Origin: a virus | Lineage: Duplodnaviria > Caudoviricetes | DNA length: 64,000 bases | IMG/VR virus record: IMGVR_UViG_3300034691_000044 | Span: 9,601 to 73,600 of that record | Strand: one strand, 5' to 3' | Shown here: positions 1 through 9,826 of the stretch, piece after piece | Numbering within the stretch: position 1 is the first letter of the stretch | Layout of the letters: each line of letters starts with the position of its first letter | Translations under genes and position numbers: made by a program | The notes under the pieces: generated by a model | The model's input: only the letters and a program-made list of their open reading frames with translations | What the model was told of the DNA's origin: nothing | Database searches by the model: none

Positions 1-398
1 TTGGTCGGGTTCATGCAGCTGACGCGAACGCGGACCAGCGCCTGAGCTTCACGGCGCAGACGGTTTTTCTTCTGGCCTTCGGTTTCAGCGGCCAGTTCTT
101 CCGGCGCCAAGGCGGCGGCAGTTGCAGCAGCGAGACTTGGCATCAAAGTAGGGGCAACAGGAGATTTGATCTCGCCATCGTCTTCTTCCACTGGTTTAGC
201 TACCGCTACCACAGCAGGTGCGGCAACAGGCGCTGGTGCAGGAGTTACCGCAGGCTTGTCAGCAAGTGCAGCAGCTACGACTTCACGCAGCTTTTCGACG
301 CCCCAACGGCCGTCAATGGTGATGTTCAGGGCAGCTGCACGTTTTTGCAGCAGTTCCAGTTCAGTTGGTGCTTGATCTTGCGAAGTTTGTTCGGACAT
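1..398 (-). CDS. N4 gp55-like virion protein, N-terminal part (runs off window start)
   Basis: ATG at 398 (minus) with AGGAGA RBS; open frame MSEQTSQDQAPTELELLQKRAAALNI...RVRVSCMNPT; directly downstream of major capsid gene as in N4-like phages; not in ORF track because truncated. Confidence 0.75.
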   Translation of the reverse strand, partial: MSEQTSQDQAPTELELLQKRAAALNITIDGRWGVEKLREVVAAALADKPAVTPAPAPVAAPAVVAVAKPVEEDDGEIKSPVAPTLMPSLAAATAAALAPEELAAETEGQKKNRLRREAQALVRVRVSCMNPT

Positions 399-432
399 TG
401 CGTTTCTCCTGGAAACGGTGTGGGTTGTACCC

Positions 433-454
433 AAAAGGGGAGCCGAAGCTCCCC
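433..454 (-). terminator. Rho-independent terminator after major capsid gene
   Basis: Minus strand GGGGAGC-TTCG-GCTCCCC-TTTT. Confidence 0.85.
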
Positions 455-473
455 AAATGGTATTACTTTGCCG

Positions 474-1664
474 TTACAGGCGGGCTACAGTCTTGATCAG
501 ACCGATGCGCTCGGAACGCAGGGTCATGAAGCCGTAGTACCACTTGATGGCCATGAAGCCCATCTCGCCATACGGGTCCAGACGGTCGGCGGTTTCAACG
601 CCAGGCATCTTCTTGATGATCTTGAACTTGGTCGACTGGCCGTCGGTTTGGAAGCCGATGGTAGTGAACGAGCCTTGACCGATGCAGAGCATCGGGAACA
701 CGTCGTACTTCACGCCGTCATCGTGGTTGGAAGCATCACCAACTTCGATGGCCGCGCCAGCGCCAGCCCACTTCAGCATTTCCGGCACGATGATGATGCG
801 GAATTCATCGATCTGGCCGATTTCGCCGATCAGGGTTTCGCCACCGGCAGCATACTTCTCAACAGAGATGAATGCCGGGTTACCGTGCATATCCTTCATG
901 CCTTTCAGCGTCGGGATCAGCTCGGAGCCGCAGTGCAGAGGACGGGCGCCCGGGATGGTGCGGGTGTCGGTCAGACGGGTGCCGTTGATCTGCGTGATAG
1001 TGCGCGGGGTACGGTTGTTGGTCAGCTGAATGCCCAGGCGCAGCAGGTCGTCGTAGGTGACCAAGTCATCTTTGCCGATAGTTGCGGTGCTGGTAGCGTC
1101 ACCGGCGTAACGGATCACGCCAGCGGCGTTGATCAGGTCGATTTGCAGAGCCGCTTCGGACATCTGGTGTGCACCGGTCACCATTTCACGGGTGATGTGC
1201 ATATCCAGTTCGGCATCGCTGTCGAAGTCCATCGATTCCTGGGTGAATTCGTCGTAGAAACCGAATTTTTCCAGGGTGCCTTCCAGCTCGATACGGGTGA
1301 AACCCACACGGTTAACACGACCGCCGTGTTCGGTCAGGGCCGGCAGTTTTCCCGGGATCAGACCGATGTCTTTGCTGGAACCGTACAGGTTACCGTTGGC
1401 GATTACGGCGCCGTTCGCATCAATACCCTGGTCGTTGACGTTGCGGTCGTCGAGCAGTGGGATGTAGTGGAACTTGGTGATCTTTTTACCCATGTTCTTG
1501 GGCATGGCGGTCACATCGGCCAGCTGGGTGAAGAACTGTTCACGACGAGCTTCGATCAGGGCTTGTTTCTGGTGAAACTCTTCGTAAGCCTGTGGACCGA
1601 TGCTCGAAGGGGTGCCCGGTGGGGCGTTGTAAGACATCGGTTTATAGACGTTTGGCGCTGCCAT
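474..1664 (-). CDS. Major capsid protein (N4 gp56 family)
   Basis: 396 aa; motifs YIPLLDDRNVNDQGIDANG, GNLYGSSKDIG, LTEHGGRVNRVGFTR, DPYGEMGF typical of N4-like MCPs. Confidence 0.95.
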   Translation of the reverse strand: MAAPNVYKPMSYNAPPGTPSSIGPQAYEEFHQKQALIEARREQFFTQLADVTAMPKNMGKKITKFHYIPLLDDRNVNDQGIDANGAVIANGNLYGSSKDIGLIPGKLPALTEHGGRVNRVGFTRIELEGTLEKFGFYDEFTQESMDFDSDAELDMHITREMVTGAHQMSEAALQIDLINAAGVIRYAGDATSTATIGKDDLVTYDDLLRLGIQLTNNRTPRTITQINGTRLTDTRTIPGARPLHCGSELIPTLKGMKDMHGNPAFISVEKYAAGGETLIGEIGQIDEFRIIIVPEMLKWAGAGAAIEVGDASNHDDGVKYDVFPMLCIGQGSFTTIGFQTDGQSTKFKIIKKMPGVETADRLDPYGEMGFMAIKWYYGFMTLRSERIGLIKTVARL

Positions 1665-1678
1665 GTCGGCGTATCCTT

Positions 1679-2824
1679 TTATCGTTTAAGGGTCTTCATA
1701 AAATCCTCGTCGCTCATAGCGAGAAACTTCGGATCTTTTGCTTCTTCAGTTGCAGTCGTTACACCCTTCGACGGGGCAGCAGCGCGACGGCGTTCTTCAT
1801 CAGCTTTTGGGGCTGCGGAAGGTTTTTTGCCCGGAGTTACCAGCTTTGTGACTGGACCCTTCGGGGCCGGGGCGTTAAAGGCGCCAGCAGCAGCCATTTC
1901 CTGGCCGATCTGGTTGTACACTTGCATCAGCGGTACACCTTTAAAGTTACCCAAAACTTGTTGGCGATTGACTTCGTCCATGACTTTGTCATAAACGCCG
2001 GATTCGACCTGTTCAGTGAGCTGAGCCAGCGATTGTGGGTGTTGACCCAACAGAGCTTGGGACTGTGTATCCCAATTCTTCATTTCGCCAACCAAACGAC
2101 CGAAGTGTTCGTTACCTTCCAGGTCACTGACAACTTCTTCGATGGCCATAGTTGCTTCAGACGGTGCCCGAGATTCCGAGCGGTAAGCTGCAACTTTGTC
2201 ATCGTCCAGTTCGTGGATGTCAATCTTGCTGTCTTTCAACAACTTGCCGATAGCTTCGGGCTTTCCAGCGAGCAAGTCAACTGCAAACGACAACTTTTCG
2301 TGGTCGAGCATGCCGTGTTGTTCCAAAACCTTCACATAAGACAGGTTTTTCTTATCGGCCGCACGTTTCTGCGAATAGTTGGCACCCATCTGGATAAGAC
2401 GGATAGCTTCGTCGACGTTCTTGACTTGCATGTCCCGGCCATTGGCCCGGATGGTCCCGAAGATACGTTCAACGCCTTCCGGCAAACCAGTAGAAGCAGC
2501 AGGCTCCGCCGCTACTTTGGGCTTTTCAGCTACGAGGCCATCAACCCCAACGTCGGCATCTTCGCCAAGCGGGTCAGAAAGGTCGTTAGCTGCTTGGCTT
2601 TCAGTACCTTTAACGCTTTCGCCCTGCGTTTCGCCTTCTTGCTCAGCTTCGGCGGTCGCATCAACGTCAGCAGAAACTTCTGTGCCTTCGACGGTGGCAG
2701 GTACTTCGGCAACAACGGTGGGTGCATCATCGGCAACAGCCTCGGAAGCGGCTTGCGCTTCTACTAACTTGGCGGGACCGGCAGACAAGAAGTCCGCATC
2801 AGACATAGAGAGGAAGTCGGCCAC
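1679..2824 (-). CDS. N4 gp57-like protein (often labelled tape measure; probable scaffold)
   Basis: 381 aa; MSDADFL/MSDEDF terminal motifs, ANGRDMQV..EAIRLIQMGANY; position between gp58-like and MCP. Confidence 0.8.
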   Translation of the reverse strand: MADFLSMSDADFLSAGPAKLVEAQAASEAVADDAPTVVAEVPATVEGTEVSADVDATAEAEQEGETQGESVKGTESQAANDLSDPLGEDADVGVDGLVAEKPKVAAEPAASTGLPEGVERIFGTIRANGRDMQVKNVDEAIRLIQMGANYSQKRAADKKNLSYVKVLEQHGMLDHEKLSFAVDLLAGKPEAIGKLLKDSKIDIHELDDDKVAAYRSESRAPSEATMAIEEVVSDLEGNEHFGRLVGEMKNWDTQSQALLGQHPQSLAQLTEQVESGVYDKVMDEVNRQQVLGNFKGVPLMQVYNQIGQEMAAAGAFNAPAPKGPVTKLVTPGKKPSAAPKADEERRRAAAPSKGVTTATEEAKDPKFLAMSDEDFMKTLKR

Positions 2825-2827
2825 GGC

Positions 2828-3169
2828 TTATTCCTCCAATTCTTCGATCAGGCGAAGATGAAGCTCTTCTTCGTGATCTTTCTTGGTGCGGCCTGCTACT
2901 TCACCGGCCAGGCGCACTTTGCGGAAGTAGGCGTTGAGCTGAGCAATGGCAGAGAGGTCGCGCACGACGTTGGTCTGACCCTGGGGAGTTTCACATGCGG
3001 GATCTGCAAGCATGAGGGTAAGTCGGTGCGACTCGCGCTCCATGTAGCCGGTCATGATCAGATCGTTGAAGTCGGGGTTGTTCAGCAGACTTTCGAGCTT
3101 ACGCGCCATTTCGATGCGTTCATTACACTGCTCGATGGTTACTTCGATTTCTTTAGTTGCATTGCCCAT
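2828..3169 (-). CDS. N4 gp58-like protein
   Basis: 113 aa, LLNNPDFNDLIMTGY motif; synteny portal-gp58-gp57-MCP. Confidence 0.75.
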   Translation of the reverse strand: MGNATKEIEVTIEQCNERIEMARKLESLLNNPDFNDLIMTGYMERESHRLTLMLADPACETPQGQTNVVRDLSAIAQLNAYFRKVRLAGEVAGRTKKDHEEELHLRLIEELEE

Positions 3170-3192
3170 TTGGGGTGCTCCTGAGTGAATTA

Positions 3193-3216
3193 AAGGGGAC
3201 TTCGTTTGAAGTCCCG
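3193..3216 (-). terminator. Hairpin/terminator between portal and gp58-like gene
   Basis: GGGACTTC-AAAC-GAAGTCCC followed by short T run on minus strand. Confidence 0.5.
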
Positions 3217-3233
3217 CATATTACCGCTTGTCG

Positions 3234-5387
3234 TTACGCAGCGCCAGGTTTATTCATCTGACTTGCTTCTTGTTGCCGGATAGCTGATTGAACTGCCTGC
3301 AACTGTGCCTGCCCTTGGTGCTGTTTGTCCATAAGCTCCTTATCGCGTTCCTGCTTAACACCGGTCTCCTGTTCCAGGAAGTCGAGGTTGGTTTTGTCGG
3401 CGTTTGCGTTGAGTGCGTTGGCCTTCGCAACTTCAGTGCCCTGCTTGACCTGATGCAGTTGGGCATTGGACCCGAACTGCGCGGCGCGGGCTTGTTCAGT
3501 TACAATCTGCGCCTGCAACAAGGCAAGTTCCAGTTGTGCTTTTTGCTGTGCAACGGGATCAGGTTGTGGTTGATAGTCCTCAATCTTCTTGGCCAAGTCC
3601 GGCATTTTACGCAAGCGTGCAATGTCTGCCAGGATGATTGCGGTTACTTCCCAGCCTACGTTAGGGCCGACAGTTTGCAGCATGAAGGACAGCTCTTGCG
3701 CCTTGGCGTTGTCCTCTTCTGCTGTGGAAATGCCCAGGCTGATGTCGAAGTTACCGGCCAGGTCGTCGCGTCGGATATCCACGAACGAATCGTTGGTCAC
3801 CCGGATAACTTCCTTGTCCTCCAAGAACACTGCGTTCATGGCGATCATCTTGCGGCCTGCTTTCACTACACCGGCAGCGAGCCGTCGCAGAATGCCCAGC
3901 TCCCGCTTCGACGCCGCGTCCAAAGCACCACGCACACCAGTGGCAGTATCGCCCAGCGATGAACCACTCAAGCCAGCAGAGAAAGCCTGGACACCGGTCA
4001 TTGCTTCAGCTTGCTGGTTTTGCGCTTGCAACATCTGCCACGCCGACACAGGAATTTCCTGGAAGGTGTGCATGTGGATCGCCGACCGTGGATCATTGCC
4101 CGGGTTGAACTCGTAGTCACCACCTTCGACAAACTTGCGTTTGTTCGGGGCGTCGAGCGCACCCTTTGCAATACCAGTCTGCCCATTGGCCGACTTGGCG
4201 AACACATCAATCATGCCGCGCTGAATTGCCCCAACAGTCTTCTGGTTTTCGATCAGCAACGAGCCATCACTTTCGCCATACACCGATTCGTAAACCGGAA
4301 GGTAGGGGATTGCAACGAAGGGCAGTTTCTCGTCAGGGAAGGGGTTTGCTTCCATACGGATCAGAACATCACCGACCCAGGTGGCAACAAACGGTTTTAC
4401 TTCTCCGGAGCCGTCAATATCACGGAAGCCCCAGTATTCGTAAGCAACCATTTTAGTACGAGCTTTATCCTCGAAGTTGAAGGTTTTATCCTTCACATTC
4501 ACATCGAAATCAGGCTCGGACAGTGGTTGTGCCTTATCAGTGACAATTTTGTCCAGGTTCTTGTAGCGGCCGTCCTTTTGTAGCTCAGACTTGCTTGTCA
4601 GGAACTTGTGTACGATAAAGCCGGCGTTTTCCAGAATACCCTTGCAGGTTGGATCGACGATTATGTTCTTGTGGGAAATCACCTCCAATGTGGGGTGGTT
4701 CTGAATTACATCCTCTTGTTCCTCCTGAATCTCCCCAACTTGCACAGGAGCATAGGCAACCCCGTCGGTTTCATACGTTTCGTGGGCAAGACGATAGCCT
4801 TCATCCACTTCGTAATATTGCGATGGTGATTCGGCCTTGAGCCGGTCCAGTTCCTGCATGATCTGCATGTATTCAGGATTTTGAGTCAGCTCGTACTGAG
4901 GCACCCAGCGTTTGACCTTCTTGACCTCGCGCAACCAGCCGGTCTTGAGGAACGCCACGCCCGTATCAACAGCGCAGCGTACCATCGTATCGATTAGATG
5001 TTGCTTGTCGATACGGGTGTTCATCTGGTTGTTGAGCAGCAGACCGTTCTGCATAGCAGCGTTCCGATCTTCCCAGGTCACTGGCTTCAGTTCAAAGATG
5101 TCCGGAGACGACAGGAAAGGTTCGGACAATGAGGCATATCGCCACTCTGCCTGCTGACGAATCAGCTTAGGTTGTGCCTTGGACTTGTTCGCCGCCTTTG
5201 GTGCTGCGCCTTTACCCTTGGTGTGGAGATAATCCAACCATTCATCAATCAAGGCCACTTGGCCGCGGTGTGCGGTGGCAGAGTTCTCGACATCGAGTTT
5301 CAGTTCTGCCAAGGTTGGTTCGTGTGACCAATCTGTCAGTTTGTGCTGGTTCAGTGTATCCAGCGGTTGTTGTTCATCTTGTGCCAT
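3234..5387 (-). CDS. Portal protein (N4 gp59 family)
   Basis: About 717 aa; PKLIRQQAEWRYASLSEPFL, ATGVRGALDAASKRE, LAGNFDI..STAEEDNAKAQELSFMLQT motifs; ATG at 5387 preferred. Confidence 0.93.
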   Translation of the reverse strand: MAQDEQQPLDTLNQHKLTDWSHEPTLAELKLDVENSATAHRGQVALIDEWLDYLHTKGKGAAPKAANKSKAQPKLIRQQAEWRYASLSEPFLSSPDIFELKPVTWEDRNAAMQNGLLLNNQMNTRIDKQHLIDTMVRCAVDTGVAFLKTGWLREVKKVKRWVPQYELTQNPEYMQIMQELDRLKAESPSQYYEVDEGYRLAHETYETDGVAYAPVQVGEIQEEQEDVIQNHPTLEVISHKNIIVDPTCKGILENAGFIVHKFLTSKSELQKDGRYKNLDKIVTDKAQPLSEPDFDVNVKDKTFNFEDKARTKMVAYEYWGFRDIDGSGEVKPFVATWVGDVLIRMEANPFPDEKLPFVAIPYLPVYESVYGESDGSLLIENQKTVGAIQRGMIDVFAKSANGQTGIAKGALDAPNKRKFVEGGDYEFNPGNDPRSAIHMHTFQEIPVSAWQMLQAQNQQAEAMTGVQAFSAGLSGSSLGDTATGVRGALDAASKRELGILRRLAAGVVKAGRKMIAMNAVFLEDKEVIRVTNDSFVDIRRDDLAGNFDISLGISTAEEDNAKAQELSFMLQTVGPNVGWEVTAIILADIARLRKMPDLAKKIEDYQPQPDPVAQQKAQLELALLQAQIVTEQARAAQFGSNAQLHQVKQGTEVAKANALNANADKTNLDFLEQETGVKQERDKELMDKQHQGQAQLQAVQSAIRQQEASQMNKPGAA

Positions 5388-5423
5388 TTGCACATCCCCT
5401 AAACCAGTAAAGAGAGCATATTA

Positions 5424-5849
5424 ATGGAAATCGTTAGACTTCACTCGGATTTAATCACACCTATGCGTGGGACCGAAGGCGCCGCAGGTTATGACCTGTT
5501 CATGCCCGCAGCCGGTGACAACATGGGTAGCCCTGCCAAACTTGTCGGTCTTGGTTTTGCTGCCAAGGTTCCTGCCGGTTACGTTGCCTTGATTCTGCCA
5601 CGTTCCAGTGCAGGTGTGAAACATGGCATTCACCTGGGCAATACCGCAGGCGTAATCGACAGCGATTACGAAGGTGAATGGAAAGTGAACGTCCGGGGCC
5701 GGCCAGGTGATGTTGTGCAATGGGCCGCAGGCGAGCGCCTGTTTCAGTTCATCGTAGTACCGATCGGCACACCTGAGCTGGTATTCGTAGACAAGTTCAG
5801 CGAAGCGAGTGATCGCGGTATCGGCGGATTCGGCAGCACCAATAGCTAA
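5424..5849 (+). CDS. dut: dUTPase (trimeric)
   Basis: Motifs AAGYDL, PRSSAG, GVIDSDYEGE, GERLFQ, RGIGGFGST. Confidence 0.95.
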   Translation: MEIVRLHSDLITPMRGTEGAAGYDLFMPAAGDNMGSPAKLVGLGFAAKVPAGYVALILPRSSAGVKHGIHLGNTAGVIDSDYEGEWKVNVRGRPGDVVQWAAGERLFQFIVVPIGTPELVFVDKFSEASDRGIGGFGSTNS

Positions 5850-5879
5850 AAGAAAGGGGACCGATTGGTCCCCTTCTTC
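5848..5879. terminator. Bidirectional terminator between dUTPase and adaptor gene
   Basis: AAGGGGACC-GATT-GGTCCCCTT with A-rich and T-rich flanks between convergent genes. Confidence 0.8.
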
Positions 5880-5880
5880 G

Positions 5881-6546
5881 TTATGCCCAGCCGCCTCGAC
5901 TGTGATGGCCCATGTCCTGTTGGTAACTCAGGTCAAAGCCACCTTCTTCCAGGCGGTTGCACTCCGCATTGAACAACCCGAGGAACGCATTCGTGCGGTA
6001 GGTTCCGTCGGTCAGGCCCACTGGGGTGTGCAACCGGCTGGCCACATACAAACAAAGTGCCCACACGTACATCACCGGCAAGTCCACGTCGATCATTTCA
6101 GGATCAATGTCCCCGTAACAATCCCCAATTTTCTTGGGCAGTGAGCGGTACTGCACTGTCACAACCCGTAGTGGATGAACCTGGCGCAGGTAAGCCGGCA
6201 CCTCCATGAGCATGGCCGAGCGGAAGTTTACGCCGCGGTCAGTGAAGGTGTTCACCGGGATCGTATTGCCACATTCATCCGTTACGTCATGCAGTTGCAT
6301 GAAGCGACCGCGTACCTGGGCGTCGAACTTGCTCAGGTCGTACTCGCCAATGGCCGGGTCGATAGGCACTTCGACCTTACCGATCTGGAATTTGAAGCGA
6401 GTGTTCAAGTCGACCAGCCCTTGGTTCATCACGTCGACGATTGCCTGGTATTTATCCGGACTGATCTTCTTCGTGACCTTATCGATGCAGCTCAGTTGAT
6501 TCAGCTCAGTTGTTTCCATCTGGCTGAAGATGGTCGAGAGTTTCAT
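5881..6546 (-). CDS. Head-tail adaptor (N4 gp67-like)
   Basis: 221 aa; NQGLVDLNTRF, LPVMYVWALCLYVASRL, C-terminal RGGW; next to terminase. Confidence 0.75.
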   Translation of the reverse strand: MKLSTIFSQMETTELNQLSCIDKVTKKISPDKYQAIVDVMNQGLVDLNTRFKFQIGKVEVPIDPAIGEYDLSKFDAQVRGRFMQLHDVTDECGNTIPVNTFTDRGVNFRSAMLMEVPAYLRQVHPLRVVTVQYRSLPKKIGDCYGDIDPEMIDVDLPVMYVWALCLYVASRLHTPVGLTDGTYRTNAFLGLFNAECNRLEEGGFDLSYQQDMGHHSRGGWA

Positions 6547-6553
6547 GTTTACC

Positions 6554-8215
6554 TCACACTAAGTAATTGGAAAGCGGGCTTGCTGTGGATACGTCGTCAT
6601 CATCCCACATTCCGCCGCCCGTGCGATGATCAATCTCCTGGGCAGTCGGGGCAATTGGCTTCATCACCGAGAGCATCGAGATGGTGTCGATGAAGTCGTC
6701 TTTCTTCGACCGGAACCCGGAACTGGAAGCAAGACTGATCTCGTTCATCATTTCCATCATGATCGACCCCGTTTTGTGCTCAAGAGGGAAGTAGATCTTG
6801 TGCAGCTTGAACAGTGGGATCACGGTATTAAACCGGACCATCTTGTTCGTGTTCGGACGAATACCCGGCTTACTGCTGTTCCCTTCGCTGGTCAGGTTGA
6901 AATAGATGTTCTTCTGCATCATCTGGTCCTGAATCCAAGGAATGAAACCAGATTGTTGACCAGACACCTCCACACCCACACCAAGAGGACGCCAACGCGA
7001 AACCAAGGTGAAAAGATCAGTGATGTTGGCCGACATGTCCTGCCGTTTGCAGATACCGTCCACCCAATACCAGTCGCCGTTGTAGTTGTATGCCCACACG
7101 CTGATTACGCTGAAGTCCGCCGATTGCTTCTCGGATGTGGCGAAGTCCGTCGTGATGTAGAAGTTGAAGTTGGATTTGAAGTCCAGCACGTTCTTGTGCT
7201 TGTACCAGCCCACCTCCCCGTCTTGAATCAGCCGATCCTCTTCGGACATGATGCGAAGCATCAGTTCCTGGTTGAATGTGTCGACTTTGCCCACCTTCAC
7301 CGCAGTCTCGTACTTCTTCTTCACGAAGCTGAAGGTGAAACGATCAGCCCATGCTCCGCAGAAGTCTTCCTCTGCACAAGGGAACTGATTGCACACAGGA
7401 TACACGTTGACGCGCCAGGCCCCCGACTCGACCGCTTTATACAGCGGATCTTTGGCGTTGAAGGGTGTACCCGACCAAATGATCATGTTTCGCTCAGGAT
7501 GCAGTGCGTGGTCGACCGCCTTGTAGATTGTGTCTTCAACCGCAGCAATTACCGTCGGAGATCGTGCATCATCATCGGACAGCAAGTCATCGAGTACGGC
7601 CAGGCGTGGCCGCTTGCCCATTTCCTTGGAACCCCGGACACCGGTCTTGGCGCCGTAACCTTTGACGATGAAGATGTCCCCATCCAGGTTGCGGAACTTC
7701 CAGCGCATATCCGTGAACTCGGTGCCATTAGGACAGTCAGGCGCCTTCTTCGGCATGTACTTCTGCAAGAAGTCGCTCTCTTCGTAGCGGAACTCCAAGT
7801 TCTTGCGCATGTTCTTCACGCCGTTCTCCATGGAGTCCGAGACGTATAGAGCCAGCTCAATCCGGCCGAAGTTAGGCAGACCGCCGTACATTCCGATGTA
7901 AAGGAATAGATATTCCCCCATCAGTGTGGTCTTTGCCGCACCCCGGAACACCATGTTCGCCAAGCGGGGGAACTTATTCAGTTCGCCCTTTTCGTCATAC
8001 TCAATGTCGTCAATGTTGTCTAACATCTTCAAGTGGAGCACAGGCGTTTCGTTTTCCTCACCTTGCCCACCATTCACCAGCTTAATGAAGGTCACGAACT
8101 CCAAAGCGAACTGACTTGGCACGTAGCGGGGGTCGATGCTGTAATCGACATTATCCAACCAGCTATCCACCGAACGCTGCACTTCATCGACGGGAACTTC
8201 AACAACGGCTGTCAT
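6554..8215 (-). CDS. terL: Terminase large subunit (N4 gp68 family)
   Basis: 553 aa; FRGAAKTT Walker A, LAVLDDLL Walker B, GTPFN, TTDFATSEKQSADFSVISVW and DDFIDTISML nuclease motifs. Confidence 0.95.
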   Translation of the reverse strand: MTAVVEVPVDEVQRSVDSWLDNVDYSIDPRYVPSQFALEFVTFIKLVNGGQGEENETPVLHLKMLDNIDDIEYDEKGELNKFPRLANMVFRGAAKTTLMGEYLFLYIGMYGGLPNFGRIELALYVSDSMENGVKNMRKNLEFRYEESDFLQKYMPKKAPDCPNGTEFTDMRWKFRNLDGDIFIVKGYGAKTGVRGSKEMGKRPRLAVLDDLLSDDDARSPTVIAAVEDTIYKAVDHALHPERNMIIWSGTPFNAKDPLYKAVESGAWRVNVYPVCNQFPCAEEDFCGAWADRFTFSFVKKKYETAVKVGKVDTFNQELMLRIMSEEDRLIQDGEVGWYKHKNVLDFKSNFNFYITTDFATSEKQSADFSVISVWAYNYNGDWYWVDGICKRQDMSANITDLFTLVSRWRPLGVGVEVSGQQSGFIPWIQDQMMQKNIYFNLTSEGNSSKPGIRPNTNKMVRFNTVIPLFKLHKIYFPLEHKTGSIMMEMMNEISLASSSGFRSKKDDFIDTISMLSVMKPIAPTAQEIDHRTGGGMWDDDDVSTASPLSNYLV

Positions 8216-8904
8216 TGGGGGGCCTCGATCTCAAACGGCAAGCGCTGCGCCGCCACATCCTTGGCATTCGCGAACCCGCCTTGGATATGCAACCGCTGCT
8301 GGTCAGCCAGATCCTGCATCTGCTTGCGCACAGCCGCCATGGTGTCGCCCACTTCCTCGGAAACGTCCAGGGTGATCTTGGTCTTCTCCGGCTGCTTAAG
8401 TTGCACCAGCACGCTGTTGAGCGCCTCCACGCGCACCTTCTCGCTGGCAGCATTCATGCCCAGGTCAAATTGAGCGTTCAGCGCCTGCTGATACATGTCA
8501 GCATTGCCGACCCACGCCGGGATCAAAGCCTGCTCCATGATCTTCGTCACGAGCTTCGACTTCTTGAACGCACTCACATAGCTGCTGATATCCTTCTGGC
8601 TTACGCCCCGGTTCACAAAGTCCTGGTACTTCGCCGGGAACGTACCGATATACGCATCAATGTCGCTCTTGTTCATCATCTTCTGCGTGACGAACTTCAC
8701 CGCAGCCAAATAACTCTCCAGCTTGAACTTCCCTTCCCGCAAGACAGACGTGTGCCCAATCATTCGCTCACGATACGCTTCCGCCAGGTTAGGGTCAGCC
8801 AACAGCGCATTGACCCCATCCATGACCTCTTGCGTCACATTGCCCCGGAACTGCGCAGGCAATGCTAGCTTGAAGTCATCGGGGCTCATTACCTCGGTAC
8901 TCAT
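8212..8904 (-). CDS. N4 gp69-like protein (putative terminase small subunit)
   Basis: 230 aa; VLREGKFKLESYLAAVKFV, SEKVRVEALNS; overlaps terL start. Confidence 0.75.
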   Translation of the reverse strand: MSTEVMSPDDFKLALPAQFRGNVTQEVMDGVNALLADPNLAEAYRERMIGHTSVLREGKFKLESYLAAVKFVTQKMMNKSDIDAYIGTFPAKYQDFVNRGVSQKDISSYVSAFKKSKLVTKIMEQALIPAWVGNADMYQQALNAQFDLGMNAASEKVRVEALNSVLVQLKQPEKTKITLDVSEEVGDTMAAVRKQMQDLADQQRLHIQGGFANAKDVAAQRLPFEIEAPQ

Positions 8905-9140
8905 GCAGCACCGCCAGTATGTGCCAAGGCAGAGATCTTCAAGCAGTGCTCAGCACGCTCTACTGCATGCTTTGCCGTATCTCGGCGTGATGTAGCCAAT
9001 GCCAGTGCTTGTTTGGCATGGACCAGCTGTCCTTGTGCCAATGCCTGCGCATCCACAGCATTACGCAGTCCTTGGGCAGCATCTGCCACAGTCAGCGGCA
9101 ACACGTCAGCAAACTCGTTATACGGATCTTTTGTGTTCAT
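8901..9140 (-). CDS. Hypothetical protein
   Basis: Coiled-coil-like ORF coupled to flanking genes by 4-bp overlaps. Confidence 0.6.
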   Translation of the reverse strand: MNTKDPYNEFADVLPLTVADAAQGLRNAVDAQALAQGQLVHAKQALALATSRRDTAKHAVERAEHCLKISALAHTGGAA

Positions 9141-9472
9141 TCTACCCTCTCCCACCCTTTGATGAAGTCTTCGTGCTCAACATGCCAGATGTTGGCCCGC
9201 TCGTAGCCGATTGGCCCATTCACTTCCGCTCGCTGCACGACGACCCAGTCACCTTCCTTCACCTGATCCCAGGCACCGGTAATGAGCTGAACCTCCACAT
9301 TGAACTCCGAATCGAACCTTAGCATACCGGTATTTGCCAAAAGGCGAAACCAATAAGGTAAGGGGTCGAATGCACCGCCGAGTCTTGCCGCGATGTAGGA
9401 ATAGGGCTTGTCTGCCCGCTTGTACTTGTCCGCCATGGGAAAGCCGTCCGTCGATAGAATATAGGGGATCAT
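9137..9472 (-). CDS. Hypothetical phage protein
   Basis: 111 aa; first gene of the terminase operon. Confidence 0.6.
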   Translation of the reverse strand: MIPYILSTDGFPMADKYKRADKPYSYIAARLGGAFDPLPYWFRLLANTGMLRFDSEFNVEVQLITGAWDQVKEGDWVVVQRAEVNGPIGYERANIWHVEHEDFIKGWERVE

Positions 9473-9614
9473 ATACCGTTCGTCGCAGTGGGTGGGAAAT
9501 TTTCATAGACAGGTGAATGCAGGACATATGTAGTGGCCACAGCCACAGCCGACCACCCCCCCGGGGTCCACTTGCTTTCCATTTTCCTCAATGGCTGCGC
9601 TACTGTGTCTGTAC

Positions 9615-9627
9615 GGGCCTTCGGCCC
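9615..9627 (+). promoter_or_regulatory. Putative virion-RNAP hairpin promoter
   Basis: GGGCC-TTC-GGCCC; template strand forms C-GAA-G triloop like N4 early promoters. Confidence 0.65.
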
Positions 9628-9756
9628 TGTAACGGAGTAATCCTGCTCCTACTCATGAGTACACACTATGTTAGTCGAACTTGTATGCATTGCCCTCGTA
9701 TCTCTGTACGTAGCAGATGTATCACGTACTACCTACAAACTGTGTCGTAAGCACTA

Positions 9757-9767
9757 AGCCTTCGGCT
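9757..9767 (+). promoter_or_regulatory. Putative virion-RNAP hairpin promoter upstream of gp1-like gene
   Basis: AGCC-TTC-GGCT; G at the N4-equivalent +1 (9773). Confidence 0.65.
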
Positions 9768-9826
9768 ATGTGGTGGATACCATACCGGTGTTCACCACTT
9801 TCTTATCCCTAGCTAGGAGTTACACC

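Larger units (their letters stand above)
9473..9826. other. Probable genome-end / terminal-repeat junction region
   Basis: Non-coding divergent switch between last late gene and first early gene, where N4-like genomes have their termini; contains a C7G4 tract near 9556-9566. Confidence 0.6.

Noticed and set aside
345-1994. Long plus-strand ORF (549 aa) and similar antisense ORFs (e.g. 6626-7849, 59179-61191, 61822-63420)
   Set aside because: Shadow frames of strongly biased real genes on the opposite strand; no RBS or motifs
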